Shown: positions 1 through 13,322 of the stretch, piece by piece
How the letters are laid out: the number at the start of each line of letters is the position of its first letter
Position numbering within the stretch: the first letter of the stretch is position 1
From: the human T2T-CHM13v2.0 reference genome, Homo sapiens
DNA length: 64,000 bases
Assembly: GCF_009914755.1 (NCBI RefSeq)
Contig: NC_060946.1
Direction: 5' to 3' (one strand)
Program-made: the position numbers and the translations under genes
Notes under the pieces: model-generated
What the model was told of the DNA's origin: nothing
The model's database searches: none
The model's input: only the letters and a program-made list of their open reading frames with translations

Positions 1-799
1 CACCGCGCTCGGCCATAACGTGTTGTTTATTTTGTAGGAGACTCTCAGCTGCTCCAGACAACTGAAGTCCCAATTTCAGCTAATATGGAGGAGGAAACAT
101 CTTTGTTTATTTCCCACTCTCAAAAGTGCATGGATCTCACAAAAGCTTCCAATAGGCCGTGCCCATCATGTATATGTGATTGAACTATGATATCCAGATG
201 GTCTGAGCCCCCATGATGATATCATGATAGGGAAGGGAGAGCTAATGAAGCTGGGCAGAAAAAGTGTGAATGTATACTGTTGTCCATTCCACCTGAATGC
301 ACACTGATTCTGATCCTATTCTCTGAGGGAAATAGACAAGACCTCAGTATCTGCTTCAGTGGTGTAACTGTGCACCTGCAGCCATAGCATTCTGTTCCCA
401 GAGATCCCCATCTGGCACAGATATTGCTAATGCCACTATTGCCCATCTGGGTCTGTACAAATCCAAATTCATCTTCCAGGATCATTCAACTATTGTAGAG
501 ATCAGTCCAGTAAACTGAAAACAAAACCCCAGAAGTAATCACACGTACTGCGGGAGAGGAGAGAGCTGTCTCAGAGGGCACAGTCTTGTTGAAATTCCTC
601 TGCTTCTTGGGAAGAAACAGCCCAGAAAAGGCTCCAGGGGCTGCGTCTCATCTGGGTTCCTGGATGAGGCACACCCCCTACTGCACTGAGATTCCACAGA
701 AGCTGGGGGTGAAGTGCAAACACCGTCTTTGGTTCATCCTTGGGATTTTCTTTTTATCACACACTCGTCATTTTGTCCACAATGCCCAAAGTTTCTAAA

Positions 800-970
800 T
801 AGCTGTCTAATAGATAGAGAGGTTCTGTGTGGGCTGATGAAAAAGCTCTGGGGTTGGATAGTGGTGATGTTTGCACAACATTTTTACTGTACTTACTGCT
901 GCTTAATTACACACTTAAAAATGATTAAAAGGATGAGACATTTTGTTATGTTTATTTTACCATAATAAAA
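800..970 (+). mobile_element. Old L1M 3' end fragment
   Basis: ...CACTTAAAAATGATTAAAAGG...TTTTACCATAATAAAA resembles L1MB/MC/ME termini. Confidence 0.6.
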
Positions 971-1037
971 ATATTGCATGCTCAGGAAGCAAAGTAATAC
1001 TAGTTTAATTCTGAAATCACACAACTGGTAAAAATGG

Positions 1038-1367
1038 AAAGAATTGTGTACTAAGCACCATTTTCTCTGTTCTATATGCTACAACTCAACTTTCTCTCTC
1101 TCTCTCTTTCTCTAATTAACAATGATATCCTGTCTGGTCCAAGGTCACACATTTCCAGTGTTGCAGGAATGTCTGTTGAATCTGTTAATTTGTTGCCAGG
1201 AAGAATACTCAAACTTCTCATGCTCATATTTGATTGTCACCTGTCTCCAGCCAACATTTCTAAACCAGGATCCTTTGACAAGACTTGTGAAGAATTTTGT
1301 AAAAAGTACCCCCCAAGATGACAGTGTTCACTGTTGGCAGCAGGACTGTTTCCACGCAGTAGGGCTA
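1038..1367 (+). repeat. 330-bp direct repeat, copy 1
   Basis: Nearly identical to 3429-3757; both copies give the same MISCLVQGHTF ORF. Confidence 0.95.
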
Positions 1368-3428
1368 TGCTGGGTGTGCAGTGGAGCTGTGCACACTGTG
1401 CTCACGGGGCAGATTCTGTGCTGCTGACTCTGATCCCTGTGCTTGGGAGGACCGTGTCCACTGCTGAGTCTACATCTGAATTTGATTCTCAAGAAAAAGG
1501 TCATTCATAGCTGCTGGACACTGAGTCACACAGAGAGACAGAAGGTGGCTGAGGACACCTTATCTCTGATGAGCATAAGGGGATTAGATCTGCTGGTGGA
1601 ACAGGAAGCTGAAGAAACCTGTGGCTCTAAACATGGAATTTCCAGCCCTCTGTCTCTGCTGTCCATGCCCTTCTCATCTGTATGTTCCTGGGAGATGTGG
1701 ACCACGGGGGTCAGAGGTGAAGGGGATTGGGAAGCTTTCATGTTCTCTCTCACCATCTCCCTTGTTTATCTAACACACTCTTACACACCTACTTTATTAG
1801 AGCTTCTGCTCTACAAACATGGCTGAGCTCTAAATTAGAGACTTTTGAAAGTGCAGACGGATGCAGGAACTCGTCCATCTGGAGACTTTCCACCACTTGA
1901 AGCAGTGAACACATCTCTGCAAGGCTCCAAATTTCAAGTGACAGGATTTTGGGATTTCAAAGAAAACTAAATCTTTGGATGAACCACGACAGAAGAGGGA
2001 AGGTTCACACATTTCCCTGCTGCTTGGGCCTCAGTGAGGACTGACTCAGCCAGTCTCAGGCTCCTGGAAACCTCCTAGGAGATGTGCACTAGGAAAGTCT
2101 TTTCAGTACAACCTGGGGCAGGTAAGTGGCCCTTACTCTGATATTCTGCTCCCTGATAATTTTGCTTTCAGAGAAGAACAAAGACCTGTGATTCTGGGAA
2201 GTTCAAAGCCCCCAGACAAGGTCTTCTCATTCTCCCGTGACAGCCTGAGCTCTGCATTCCCAAAAGGAAGAGCATCTTCCCGGCATGACGAGCCAGGAGT
2301 AGAGAGGGAGCTTCTCCCAGGGGTGAGCAGGGCAGAAGCCACCTTGGTCAGTGGGAAGGAAACGTGCTCAGCTCACATCTGACCCAGAATGACTCAGTCA
2401 CACCCGTGCAGGGTCACCTGCATGTGAGCATCATCTATTTGCTCCATGAGAAAATACCTTGTGTGACTCTTGGGTAAAATCATACCGTAGGTGACATTTC
2501 TCTGGCTATTGCTTCAGCCAATGTTTTTCAAAATTCACTGTAGGACACTTACATAAGGTAAGCATGTCAGGTGTGGGATGTGTTGAATAGGAAAAGCACA
2601 GGCTTCCTGTATCAATGTTCATGGCTTGTATTCATGGCCATAACTCGTGGAAATGAAAAAAAAAAACAGAAAAGAAAATGATACCCTGCTCAAAAAAGCA
2701 CTGAGAAATACCATTGTAGTAATATATCTTCAACTTATAAGTTCAGCTAATTGAACATTAACTTAGATAGATCATTTTTATGGGGGGATTCCTAAACCTA
2801 AAACATTGTATTAAAAATTTTGTCAGGTTAAAAGATCATTAAAAGGCCAATGTTTGATTAAAATCTGGAGTCTTTTACTTTGGGCTGCAATCAGCCAATG
2901 AGTGCATGGAGTTGGCTGCCCTCCCAGACCCTGACTGGCTCCACGTCGAGGTAGAGCAGCGCTCCCGACAGGCAGCTGGAGGAACTGACGAGGGGAAGCT
3001 GTTTGCATCAGGGCCTCAAAAATTTGGCTCAGGATTTTCCCACGTCCCCTCCCCAAGCCCAAGCTGGTCCCAGGACACTCAAAAGAGCTCATCATTATGG
3101 GTCTAAAACTTCTCTGATCTCGCTCTTCTTTCTTCCTTCCCCAGAGACCTTGGAATTGTCAGTCCCTCTCACAGGCCCTTCCTTTCCTTGTCAAGTGCAC
3201 TCCCTGAATTCTCTGCTCCTGGGTCAGCAAATCTCTAGAACTTCAGGGAAAGCAGTGCTGGGTCACCCACATGGGGCCCCAGAAAGCTGGCTAAGGACCA
3301 GACACACAGGCAGCAGGCTAGGTCCCCACAGGGCTGCATGGTTGGCATCGGGTAGAGGGGAGGGACCAGGAACCACTCGCTGAGTGTCCGTAGGGCCAGG
3401 TGAACTAGGGAAGGGCTGGAACCTGGTC

Positions 3429-3757
3429 AAAGAATTGTGTACTAAGCACCACTTTCTCTGTTCTATATGCTACAACTCAACTTTCTCTCTCTCTCTCTTC
3501 TCTAATTAACAATGATATCCTGTCTGGTCCAAGGTCACACATTTCCAGTGTTGCAGGAATGTCTGTTGAATCTGCTAATTTGTTGCCGGGAAGAATACTC
3601 AAATTTCTCATGCTCATATTTGATTGTCAACTGTCTCCAGCCAGCATTTCTAAACCAGGATCCTTTGACAAGACTTGTGAAGAATTTTGTAAAAAGTAGC
3701 CCCCAGGATGTCAGTGTTCACTGTTGGCAGCAGGACTGTTTCCACGCAGTAGGGCTA
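3429..3757 (+). repeat. 330-bp direct repeat, copy 2
   Basis: Nearly identical to 1038-1367. Confidence 0.95.
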
Positions 3758-4389
3758 CTGCAAGCCACACCTGTCCCCACACAGTAGCATCTTCCTGGAG
3801 GTCAAGAGTGATTTTGTTTGCTATGCTGCCCCAGATCACCTAATTTATTACCTGTGAATTTCACACACTACACATCCTGCCTGTCCCCAAATTCTTCACT
3901 TATGGGCAAATGTCACATCTGACCTGAACTGGTTTACATCCCAGATCCCCTTCAGGCTTCCCACTGTCCTTTCAGATCCTCACACACCCAAGACCCTTCT
4001 CCGCAGGGCACAGACACAGCTCCCTGCACACGCTTCCATCACTTGTCTCTTCACTCCTTCCTCAAAGGAACTCCACAGACTCTTCTTCAGGGAGGCCTTC
4101 TCCAATCACTGAAGCTACAGCAGCCAGCCAGTCAGCTTCTGTCAGAACTTTCAATGATTAGCTGCATAGAGCTTACAATTACACATTTGTTTTTTCTATC
4201 GTTATCTTTTGACTGATTTATTTCTATTAATCATTGCATTATCAGTCAGAAATGCTTTTTCACTACAAGAACACATGTGGCAGGAACCAGGGAGCTTCCA
4301 ATTTTCTTCCACAAAAATAAGTCTGCACGTGCTTGGTGGTTGTTTTCCAGATGCTCTCCAGTTCCATAGGAAGCTCAAATATTTCTACC

Positions 4390-4700
4390 TCTCCATTCCC
4401 TTTCAATGAGATGTTGACTTTGTTTTCATTGTTGTTGATGTAAGACCTCAGCATGGCTGCTGCAGCTCCAGCTATCACACCCAAGTTCAAGAGAAAAAGC
4501 AAAGCACAAACCCAATCTAGTCCTTCCTTCATAAGAGGAAAAGTTTCCTGAGAAGAATCTCAGCCATCTGACTCTTACATCCTATGGACCAACGCTGGGC
4601 TACATGGTCACTGCTGGCTAGAAGAAACTGGAAATTTGCCTGACTTTCAAGTGAATAGAGGGGATGACACACAAGTAGAAGGTGGTAGGGAGTATCTGCT
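4390..4700. mobile_element. Old MaLR LTR fragment (MLT1J/K-like)
   Basis: ATGGCTGCTGCAGCTCCAGCTATCACACCCAAGTTCAAG motif. Confidence 0.5.
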
Positions 4701-6611
4701 GGGTCTGTAAACCCAATCTGCCTACTGCACTGATCCAGCAACAGGACAGGAAACTCCTCAGAGCAAGGACTGTGTCTTCCTCATGCTGAATTCCTAAAAT
4801 GCATTCTTGCCAGGACAGAGTGGGTCAGGGTGAATATTTGTTGGGTGAATGAGCTTCTGTCTCTGTTGTATTGCAGGAGTCACCACCAGTGCACATTGGC
4901 CCTGTATTTGTATCCAGAACCAATCAAAGCCACCCCTGAGTCCTGCATCTCTCAGTACCAAGCTCCAGTCCCCCTTCAAGACCACCCACCACACAGACGT
5001 GCAGGGAGCCTCAGGAGGGCACTGTCACCTCCTTCTCCACATGTGAGTGTTTGTATTTCCATCAGGAATCTGAGCACCTCGTGCCCAGGTTTGAGGCAGG
5101 AAGGGGCCACAAACAGAAGAGAAATTTCTTCTCTGAAGTCAACAGTCCATGAATCAAGGAATCAGGGACCTGAGCAGCAGATTCTGAAGCTACACCTGAA
5201 CCCAGGAGGCCCCTGAGCCTCCAGCTGACAGTGTAGAGTGGCCACCTGGGGGCAGCAGAGAGTAACCTGGCAAAAATCCCTGGAAAGGGGGTGGAGCTGG
5301 GCATCAGGGAGATGCTGACATGCAGGGAGGGTCAGTGACCATGACCTGAGACCTGGAGGGAAAGAGGTTCCTCTTTTCTTAGAATATTTGTCATTGACAC
5401 TGATGTTTAAATTCTTCTGACCTCCTGTCTCTCAGATTTGACTCTTGGAAATGGTGCTTATTTTTCTGATACAGATTCAGACAATTTGCCTCTTCTCATT
5501 GCCCTGGCCCCCATCTCACTGTCACACATGCCATTCCATTCTGTAGTCACGCGTGTCCCACCTCCCTGCCCTTTTCTCTGGTAGCTCGTCCTGCAGACAC
5601 AGGGGCTTCTCCTTCCCTGGCCACTCCTCCACGTCCACTGTCCCCAGTCTTTCCCAACACTGTCCTGGGGAACCTGCCAAATCACAGCTCTTGATTTCCT
5701 TATGAGGCACAAAATACTTGCTCCTTAATCTTTTGTTGACTTAAGTTTTTATCCATTGATATATTTTCCCAGCAAGTGAAGACAACTTAGTTATAATAAA
5801 CATTCACCTCCAGGGTCTTGGAGTTTGCAGCCCCCTCTCATTCTCTCACAAAGCCAACATTTCCTTCACCTCCTGATGTGTCCCTGGCCCTGACAGCACC
5901 CTGGGGATACTGAGGCACAGCACCTATGACCTGGCATTAGAACTCACAGCCAAGTAGAAACTTATCACATCCCATGGATCTTCCAAAACTCTGTGTGCAC
6001 TTGGCAACCAAGAATTGCATTCTCCTCTAGCACTGAGGGGCTGTGCCCTGGGGTGGGGCCTGTACTGGTGCAAGGCTTGTGCTGTCCCCTGTAGAGTGGG
6101 AAGTAAAAGGTCCCTGCATTGGGTTCTGGATTGTGTCTTCAAAATGAATTTAGGCCTATACCAAACATCTCATGTCTGACATAAAATATTTATGACCAGG
6201 ACATTTCTAGAGAAGCAGAAGAAAGTTAACCACCTCCCTCCTGAGCCAGGATGGAATGGAGGAGGGGACTGTGGACCCCAGATAATTCCCCCATCACCAC
6301 TGTGACTCTGGTAACCTCTTGAACAGGGCCAACCACTATCCCATAGGAAGGACTTTATATCCCCTAGAAAATACAGAGAAACTCAGCTCTGAGTTTTTCC
6401 ATGACCAACTCAGCCCAGGGGCAAAAGTGGGCACAATCTGGGTAAAGATGTGAACTCAGACCATGGGACCAGTGGGTGGAGGAGAATCCCATGGGCTGAG
6501 GGGGTGGGCAAGCAGTGGTCACCCCTTTTCTCTCTCTCTCTGTGTCCCTTGGGACTGAGCCCTTCTCTGGAAACCACAAAGCTCCTCCAGCAGCAACCCC
6601 TGACTCTGCTG

Positions 6612-6650
6612 GTTTGCATCATGGGCTGTTCTCTCCAGCAAGGGGATAAG
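6612..6650 (+). promoter_or_regulatory. IGLV3-12 promoter: variant octamer GTTTGCAT (6612-6619) and TATA-like GATAAG (6645-6650)
   Basis: Same position and flanks as the intact ATTTGCAT in the paralogous IGLV3-9 promoter (53901-53908). Confidence 0.85.
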
Positions 6651-6713
6651 AGAGGTCTGGGAGGAACCTGCCTAGCCTGGGCCTCAGGAAGCAGCATCAG
6701 CAGTGCCTCAGCC

Positions 6714-7463
6714 ATGGCCTGGACCCCTCTCCTCCTCAGCCTCCTCGCTCACTGCACAGGTGCTCTGCCCAGGGTATCACCAACCTGCCCATCCCCAGGG
6801 CTCTGGGTCCAGTGTGGCCATGACTATGAGCTCAGGAGGGCCCTGCCTGTGGTGGGCAGGATGCTCATGACCCTGCTGCAGGGTGAGGGACTGGCGGAGC
6901 TGAAGTCCCCTCAAACTCTGCTCAGAGGCTTGTGAGAGCCTGAGGGGCTGCACCTGCCAGGAGAGAGTACTGGGTTTTCAGTTCAAAGGCTCCATGCAGA
7001 GGGAAAGTCCATGGGCCACTGGGGCTAGGGCTGATTGCAGGGGATACCCTGAGGGTTCACAGACTCTCTGAAGCTTTTCCAGGACAGCAGGGCAGGGGAT
7101 TTCATACGGATCTTTTACCTAAAAGCCATCCTCTCCTTTTTTTTTTTTTTTAATCTTTGCAGGCTCTGCGACCTCCTATGAGCTGACTCAGCCACACTCA
7201 GTGTCAGTGGCCACAGCACAGATGGCCAGGATCACCTGTGGGGGAAACAACATTGGAAGTAAAGCTGTGCACTGGTACCAGCAAAAGCCAGGCCAGGACC
7301 CTGTGCTGGTCATCTATAGCGATAGCAACCGGCCCTCAGGGATCCCTGAGCGATTCTCTGGCTCCAACCCAGGGAACACCGCCACCCTAACCATCAGCAG
7401 GATCGAGGCTGGGGATGAGGCTGACTATTACTGTCAGGTGTGGGACAGTAGTAGTGATCATCC
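6714..7463 (+). CDS. IGLV3-12: Ig lambda variable gene segment IGLV3-12 (leader exon 6714-6759, intron, V exon 7163-7463)
   Basis: ATGGCCTGG leader [15 protein letters not shown] with GT donor at 6760 and AG acceptor at 7161-7162. V exon [96 protein letters not shown] matches recalled IGLV3-12 (GNTATL suggests allele *02). Confidence 0.96.
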
Positions 7464-7502
7464 CACGGTGACACAGGCAGATGGGGAAGTGAGACAAAAA
7501 CA
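7464..7502 (+). other. 23-RSS of IGLV3-12 (CACGGTG-23-ACAAAAACA)
   Basis: Heptamer 7464-7470, 23-nt spacer, nonamer 7494-7502. Confidence 0.95.
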
Positions 7503-9379
7503 CCCTCCCAGCCTCGGTCACCCTCTTGCTCCAGCCCCGGGAGGCCTATGGATAGAGCCATGAGTGAATCTGGTCCAGTTCACCTGGATCTGAGCCTCCC
7601 AGGCCGCCCTTCCCTCCAGCCCCCTCCAGGAGTCTCTATAGAGCATACATCAGGCATACACATGGCCTGGAAGGACCAGAATCATCTAATGACTTGGGGC
7701 TGTCGTGTGAGTTAGAGAATGAGGGCCTGGGTGGAAAGACAGACAGAAGCAACCTCTGTCCTCTGTCTTACCCCTGGATGGTAATGGGGTGGGGATGAGG
7801 CCAGTCCTTAGACCAGCTATCTGGCTCAGTCCCCAGAACCAACCCTGCTGAGGTCCTGGCCCCCAGGCTGTGTGGCAGTCTGTGATTCCCAACAGACCAA
7901 ACCAGAGGAGGGGACACTGTGAAGTCTGCCCAGGTCCCCTCTTCAATGTGACCCACCTAGCACTGCTGAGAAGCCCAGCAGCTCAGAGCTGTGCCCACAA
8001 TGGGAAGCGCTGTTGGTTGCAGAAAGCTTCCTCAAGTTTATGTCCTTTCTCAGATGGTTTTGGTTTAATCAACCAAGATCTCAAGTCCCTGCCTTAATGT
8101 AAGATGCCACTGAATGAAGGGCCTCCCAGCTCCAGAGCTCCCTGTGTGGACGGACACCTGAGGCCTCAGTGGCAACCCCATTATGAGTCAGGGTCTCCTT
8201 CTGCCCACTGTTGCCTCCCTCACTCTCTTCCAAATCTTCTGTGCATGGAAATCATTGCAGTCACCTTCCAGGGAACCCCATCTAAGATGGCCAGCTGTCC
8301 CCAACATGGGCTGTCAGCGACCCGAGGAGTCCACTATCCACTGAAAATTCTGGTTTCTGTCCTAAATTTTCAGAGTACATGTTCAAATGGCCAATCTGAT
8401 GGTTCCTTGAATTTTTATGGAATGAAAAGGGAGCCTGACATGCTCTAGGTTGAGAGATAGTTGGAGTCAGATCTCCCTGCAGGGAAACCTGGGGCAGGCA
8501 GAGCATCCTCGCCCCACGCAGGGACCACAGATGCACCCACAGGGTGAGCTGCAGGATGGACACTGCCCATCTCCGCCTTCCACATCTTCTCCAAATGTCA
8601 CCCCTTTCTACAACCCCAACCCAAATCATTGATCTCCAGAAAAATAACAGTAACAATAGCCATGAAAATCTATGTAATTCATCTCATAATTTCATGTTAA
8701 CATGTGAAAATGATAGTATTTTGCTTTATTGACATAAATAAAATATACTATTTATCCAATTTTATTTGTCTTATATTTTTATATTTAATGTGGTGACCAG
8801 ACACTAGGGGTCACAGGAGGATCGTGTCATACTGTTATGGGACAGAGCTGGTCAGGACTCTTTCAGGTGACAGGTGCTGTTGAGTAACCTGGTGCAGGAA
8901 GCCCCATCTCCACCAGACCCAGGTGTGAACCCAGGAAGAGGCGCTGGAACAATGGAGAGGAGAACCTGCTTCTGCGGAATACAGTGCCCTTGAGCCCTGC
9001 CCCTGCTCCATCCTACGTGTGCCACCTCCATCTCAATGTGGATCATTTCTTGCCCTGCCTGAGGTCATGACTGAGGGGATCTGGCAGGTCTGGCTGTGTG
9101 GCCACTGCTGTCTCATGTGGTTCTGGTTGTAACAAAGCCCAGGAACATAGAAGAGGCTGTTTTCAAAAGGTAAATAATAATCTACTGCACATGACATAGA
9201 CTTGTTGCTAAATCCCATGGGTCTACAGTAGGATTCTCCTGTTGAGGTTTGCCTTAAGCAGAAGGTTTCAGTTCCTTTGTCCAGTTCCTCTATTATGATA
9301 GGGTCTGCAGTTTCTCTGGCCCAATAGCAGGACACTCACACCCCCGCCTGCACCTGCTGCAGAGCCTTTCTGCTCTTGG

Positions 9380-9605
9380 CCCCAAAACAACGGGTGACAC
9401 AGTTCTCAGACCCATGATTTATGGTGTCAGTATTCAGGCCTCGGGGGTCCCTGACGGCTTCTCTGGCTCCAAGTCTGGAAACACAGCCTCCATGACCATC
9501 TCTGGGTTCCAGGCTGAGGATGAGGCTGATTATTACTGCAGCTCACATAGGAGAGGTGGCACTTTCCACAGTGGTCCAGGTTCATGGGGAATTGAGACCC
9601 AAACC
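9380..9605 (+). pseudogene. 5'-truncated V2-like lambda pseudogene with RSS, probably IGLV(I)-11-1
   Basis: [45 protein letters not shown] followed by CACAGTG (9567-9573), 23 nt, ACCCAAACC (9597-9605). No promoter, leader, FR1 or CDR1 is recognisable. The name is inferred from its position between V3-12 and V2-11. Confidence 0.88.
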
Positions 9606-10125
9606 TGCCCTGGGCTCTCAGCCTCTCTCTTGTTCTGAAGATGCTTCCTCACCCTGTGCAAGTGGCTTCTTGCAGCACCACCTTGAGAATTTCCCCTCTC
9701 CCAGCTCCTCTCCTTTCTCACCAGGAAGTCCAAAAGGAAACCTGCTCTGTGATTTCTCATCCAGGACAGTGACAGCTTCCTGTTGCTTGTGTGTTGTGGT
9801 CCATGAATGTGCAACTCTTCCTAGCTCTTCAAATGCAGGCACATAGTGAGAAAAGCTGCCTGACTCATGAAGTCATTGCTGTTTTTAGGGGCGCCCTCAC
9901 CCTAAATGCATCCTCATCTCCCACGCTGTGCAGGCCAATCTGCACAGAAGTCATTACAGGGAGTTTCAAGAAATTGCACCTTAGTCAACTCTGTGTCCAC
10001 TATGCTCTCGTGAAGATGGCCCTCCTGGCTGGGCTATTCCTCTGTACCTCTGTCCTGAAGCAGTGACCACTGTGAGAGCTGAGCATGTTTTTGAGGGATT
10101 AAGAACCAGAGGAAGCTGTTGTTTT

Positions 10126-10127
<2 letters not shown>

Positions 10128-10160
<33 letters not shown>

Positions 10161-10442
10161 TTGAGACAGAGTCTCGCTCTGTCACCAGGCTGGAGTGCAG
10201 TGGCACAATCTTGGCTCACCGTAACTTCAGCTTCCCAGGTTCAAGCAATTCTCCCTGCCTTAGACTCCTCAGTAGCTGGGATTACAGGTGCCCACCACCA
10301 TGCCTGGCTAATTTTTGTATATTTGGTAGAAACGGGGTTTCGTCATGTTGGCCAGGCTGGTCTTGAACTTCTGACCTCAGGTGATCCACCCGCCTTGGCC
10401 TCCGAAGTGGTGGGAATACACACGTGCGCCACCACACCTGGC
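10128..10442 (-). mobile_element. AluS with (ATT)n tail microsatellite (10128-10160)
   Basis: Alu consensus match; absent at the paralogous site near 58705. Confidence 0.95.
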
Positions 10443-11984
10443 TGCGTTTTTCTTATTTTTGTTCCTCTTCTTTGCCTCAATACCTCAGGTTGCTGAGCTG
10501 GGGAGATTTTGAGTGACAGACTCAGTATTCTCTCAAAATCCCCCTCTCTCACATCGCTGAGGCCCTGTCCTGGAAACTCTCCAAAAGTGGATGGTCTCCC
10601 TATAGGATGGGAGCTTCCAAAATGGCTCCACAGGGAAGAGTTAACCTGAGTTCATTCCTTCCTCCTCATTGACATCCAGCATTTGTAATTTCCATGGCCA
10701 TCAATACTACTATAGCTGAAATCTTCATTAATCTACTAAAGGTGAGAGTGAATTTCATACATATTCAAACATTAGTTTCATCCAACATTTAAATTTTATG
10801 AGTCAATTGGTAAACATAGCCATGATTACATGTAGTTTAGGCTTCATAAACTTTGATTAAATGGATTTTATTTAAAACAATGTAATCATTTTACTATATG
10901 TGTATCCTACCTATATCAACATGTTGTTACTTGAAATATCCACAAGAAACTATATTTCAAAAACCAAATTGTATTTATTGTCTATTGTTACATAAAAATT
11001 GCTCCCTAATAGTTAGCATATTAAGAGAACACGTGTTTGTGATCTTGTCACTTTGGTGCATCTGGAATTGAGAGCAGCTTAGTTTTGTGGTTCTGGCCCT
11101 GGGTTGGTCATGAAGTCGCAGCCAAGCTGTCAGGCCAGGCTGCATTCAGAGGCCAGAGCAGGTGGCCAGGCCCAGCCTGAGGGGCTTCCACTGTCCCTAA
11201 CCTGTTTGGCTGATTGGAAAACTCAGCGGAAAAGGAGAGAGTGAAGTGTAAGGTGCCTGTCCTGGTCCCCCATGTCAAAGACCATTCCATACATGCACCA
11301 TTTCTTATTCTTTCCTGCAACATCCTAGGCATAGAGCACTGCCCATTCATTCTAAGGCTGTAGAGTATTCCACAGTAGAATTTTAGCCATGCAACCTCTA
11401 ATGGTTAACACCATGATTTTGATCTTACAAATAACACTGCAGCAAGCATCCTTATGCCGACTCCTTTGAGTTATTGTGTGCATATGATCATAGGATAAAT
11501 TTTCAGAAGTGGAATTACTGGGTCAAAATGATGTGCATTTGTAATGTTTACCCATTGTTTTCACATGTTTCACCAGTTTACAATGCCAGCCCTAAATATT
11601 GATTGGAATTCATTGGTGAAAGTGCAAATTTTTGCCAACCTATCAGATATAAAAAAGTTACCTTGTTACACTTTTATTTTTGATTTCTCCTATTGTGCTT
11701 GAAGTTGAGCATTTGCTCAAATGTTTCAGTGCTCATTACTTTTTAAAATTCGGTAAACTTTTTCTTAAATGTATAAATAAGAAGTATTTTAGTCTTTGCC
11801 ACACAGGAGTCAACTTTGGGGATACTATGTAGGTACTGACAGCACCATCTGCAATGTAAACATTAAAATATATAAAAACCATTTTAACCCATTAACCATC
11901 CCCAGATAATAGCTGATTTCTTATTAGAAGTAATGCAAGCCAGAGTCAGTGGAGTTATATTTAGAAAATATTAAATGAAAAAAC

Positions 11985-12950
11985 TTACTACCCAAAGCAA
12001 TCTACAAACTCAATGCAATTCCTTTCAAAATACCAATGACATTATTCACAGAAATTTAAAAAAACCTCTAAAATTGGTATAAAACCAAGAAAGATCCTGA
12101 ATAGCCAAAGCAATACTGAGCAAAATGAACACAGCTAAAGATGTCACACTACTAGAATTAAAATATACTACAAACTATAGTAACCAAAACAGGAAGGTAG
12201 GTATTGGCAATCAGACACTGAGACCAATATAACAGAATAGACAACCCAGAAATAAACCCATCTATCATATAGAGCCAATCGATTTTCAACAAAGATGCCA
12301 AGAACATACACTGAGAAAATGGCACAATTTTCAATAAATGGTTCTGAGAAAACTGGATATCCATGTACGGAACAATGAAACTAGACACTTATCCCCCTCC
12401 ATATAAAAAATCAACTAAAAATGGATTAAAGACTCAAATATAAGACCCAGGCTATAAAACTACTAGAAAGGAACTTAGAGAACATTGGGGAAGAACAATT
12501 CTTTAGGACATTGTTCTAGATAAAAGTTGTATGGCCAAGAGGCAACAACAAATAATAGAGATATGGGACATCATTAAACTGAAAAGCTCCTGAAAAGCAA
12601 AGGAAACAATCAACAGAGTAAAGACAATGTGTAGAATGAGAGAAAATATTTGCAAACTACTCACCTGACAAGGACCTAATATTCAGTATAAGAAAAGTTA
12701 AAAACTGAAATAACTCATCAACAACAACAAAAAAAACTAATAATACCATTAAATAGTGGGCCAAGAATTTGAATAGACTTTTCTCAATAGAAGACATACA
12801 AACGGCCAACAGGCATATGAGAAAAATGTTCAACATCACTAATCAGCGAGGGAATTAAAATCAAAACCCCAGTGAGATACAATCTCACCCTAGCTGGAAT
12901 GGCTATGATCAAAAAGACAAAAAATACAAATGCTGATGAAGATATGCGAC
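11985..12950 (+). mobile_element. L1M ORF2 3' fragment
   Basis: CTACCCAAAGCAATCTACAAACTCAATGCAAT...GACATACAAACGGCCAACAGGCATATG L1 motifs. Confidence 0.9.
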
Positions 12951-13237
12951 TTCATATTTTTCTAGTCCAATTCTCTGGGAACAATGAGAGTGCTCTCTTT
13001 GCTCTCCCTTTAGTAACTATTTTTCACATGCAAAAATATGGGCCCTACTGGGAAATAATGCCTAAGACCACCAACACCTTAACTGTTTGTTCATCACACT
13101 AGAAATGAAACTGTTTTCCAAATAATATTAACATCTATCTGTGTCTATCACCATTGTGTCAATGTTTGTGTGATCCTATAAAGTTTAGAAGGCCTAGAAG
13201 AATGCCCTTGCTTTTTGCAATACAAAAATGGCCTAAC

Positions 13238-13322
13238 AGATATAGATGACATAGATATAGATATAGATATAGATGATATAGATATAGATATAGATGATAT
13301 AGATATAGATATAGATAGATAG
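13238..13322. repeat. (TAGATA)n microsatellite
   Basis: Read directly. Confidence 0.95.

Noticed and set aside
2030-2400. CTGACTCAGCCA (LTQP-like) suggesting another V relic
   Set aside because: No WYQQ, YYC or RSS follows.
1038-3757. Direct repeats as the LTRs of a novel retroelement
   Set aside because: No TG...CA termini, TSD, PBS, polypurine tract or coding remnants, and a diverged single homolog exists in another Ig cassette.
6450-6935. Long upstream in-frame extensions of V leaders (also at 27297, 46510, 53889, 57585)
   Set aside because: They start upstream of or within the octamer/TATA promoter and read through the splice donor; ORF-calling artefacts.
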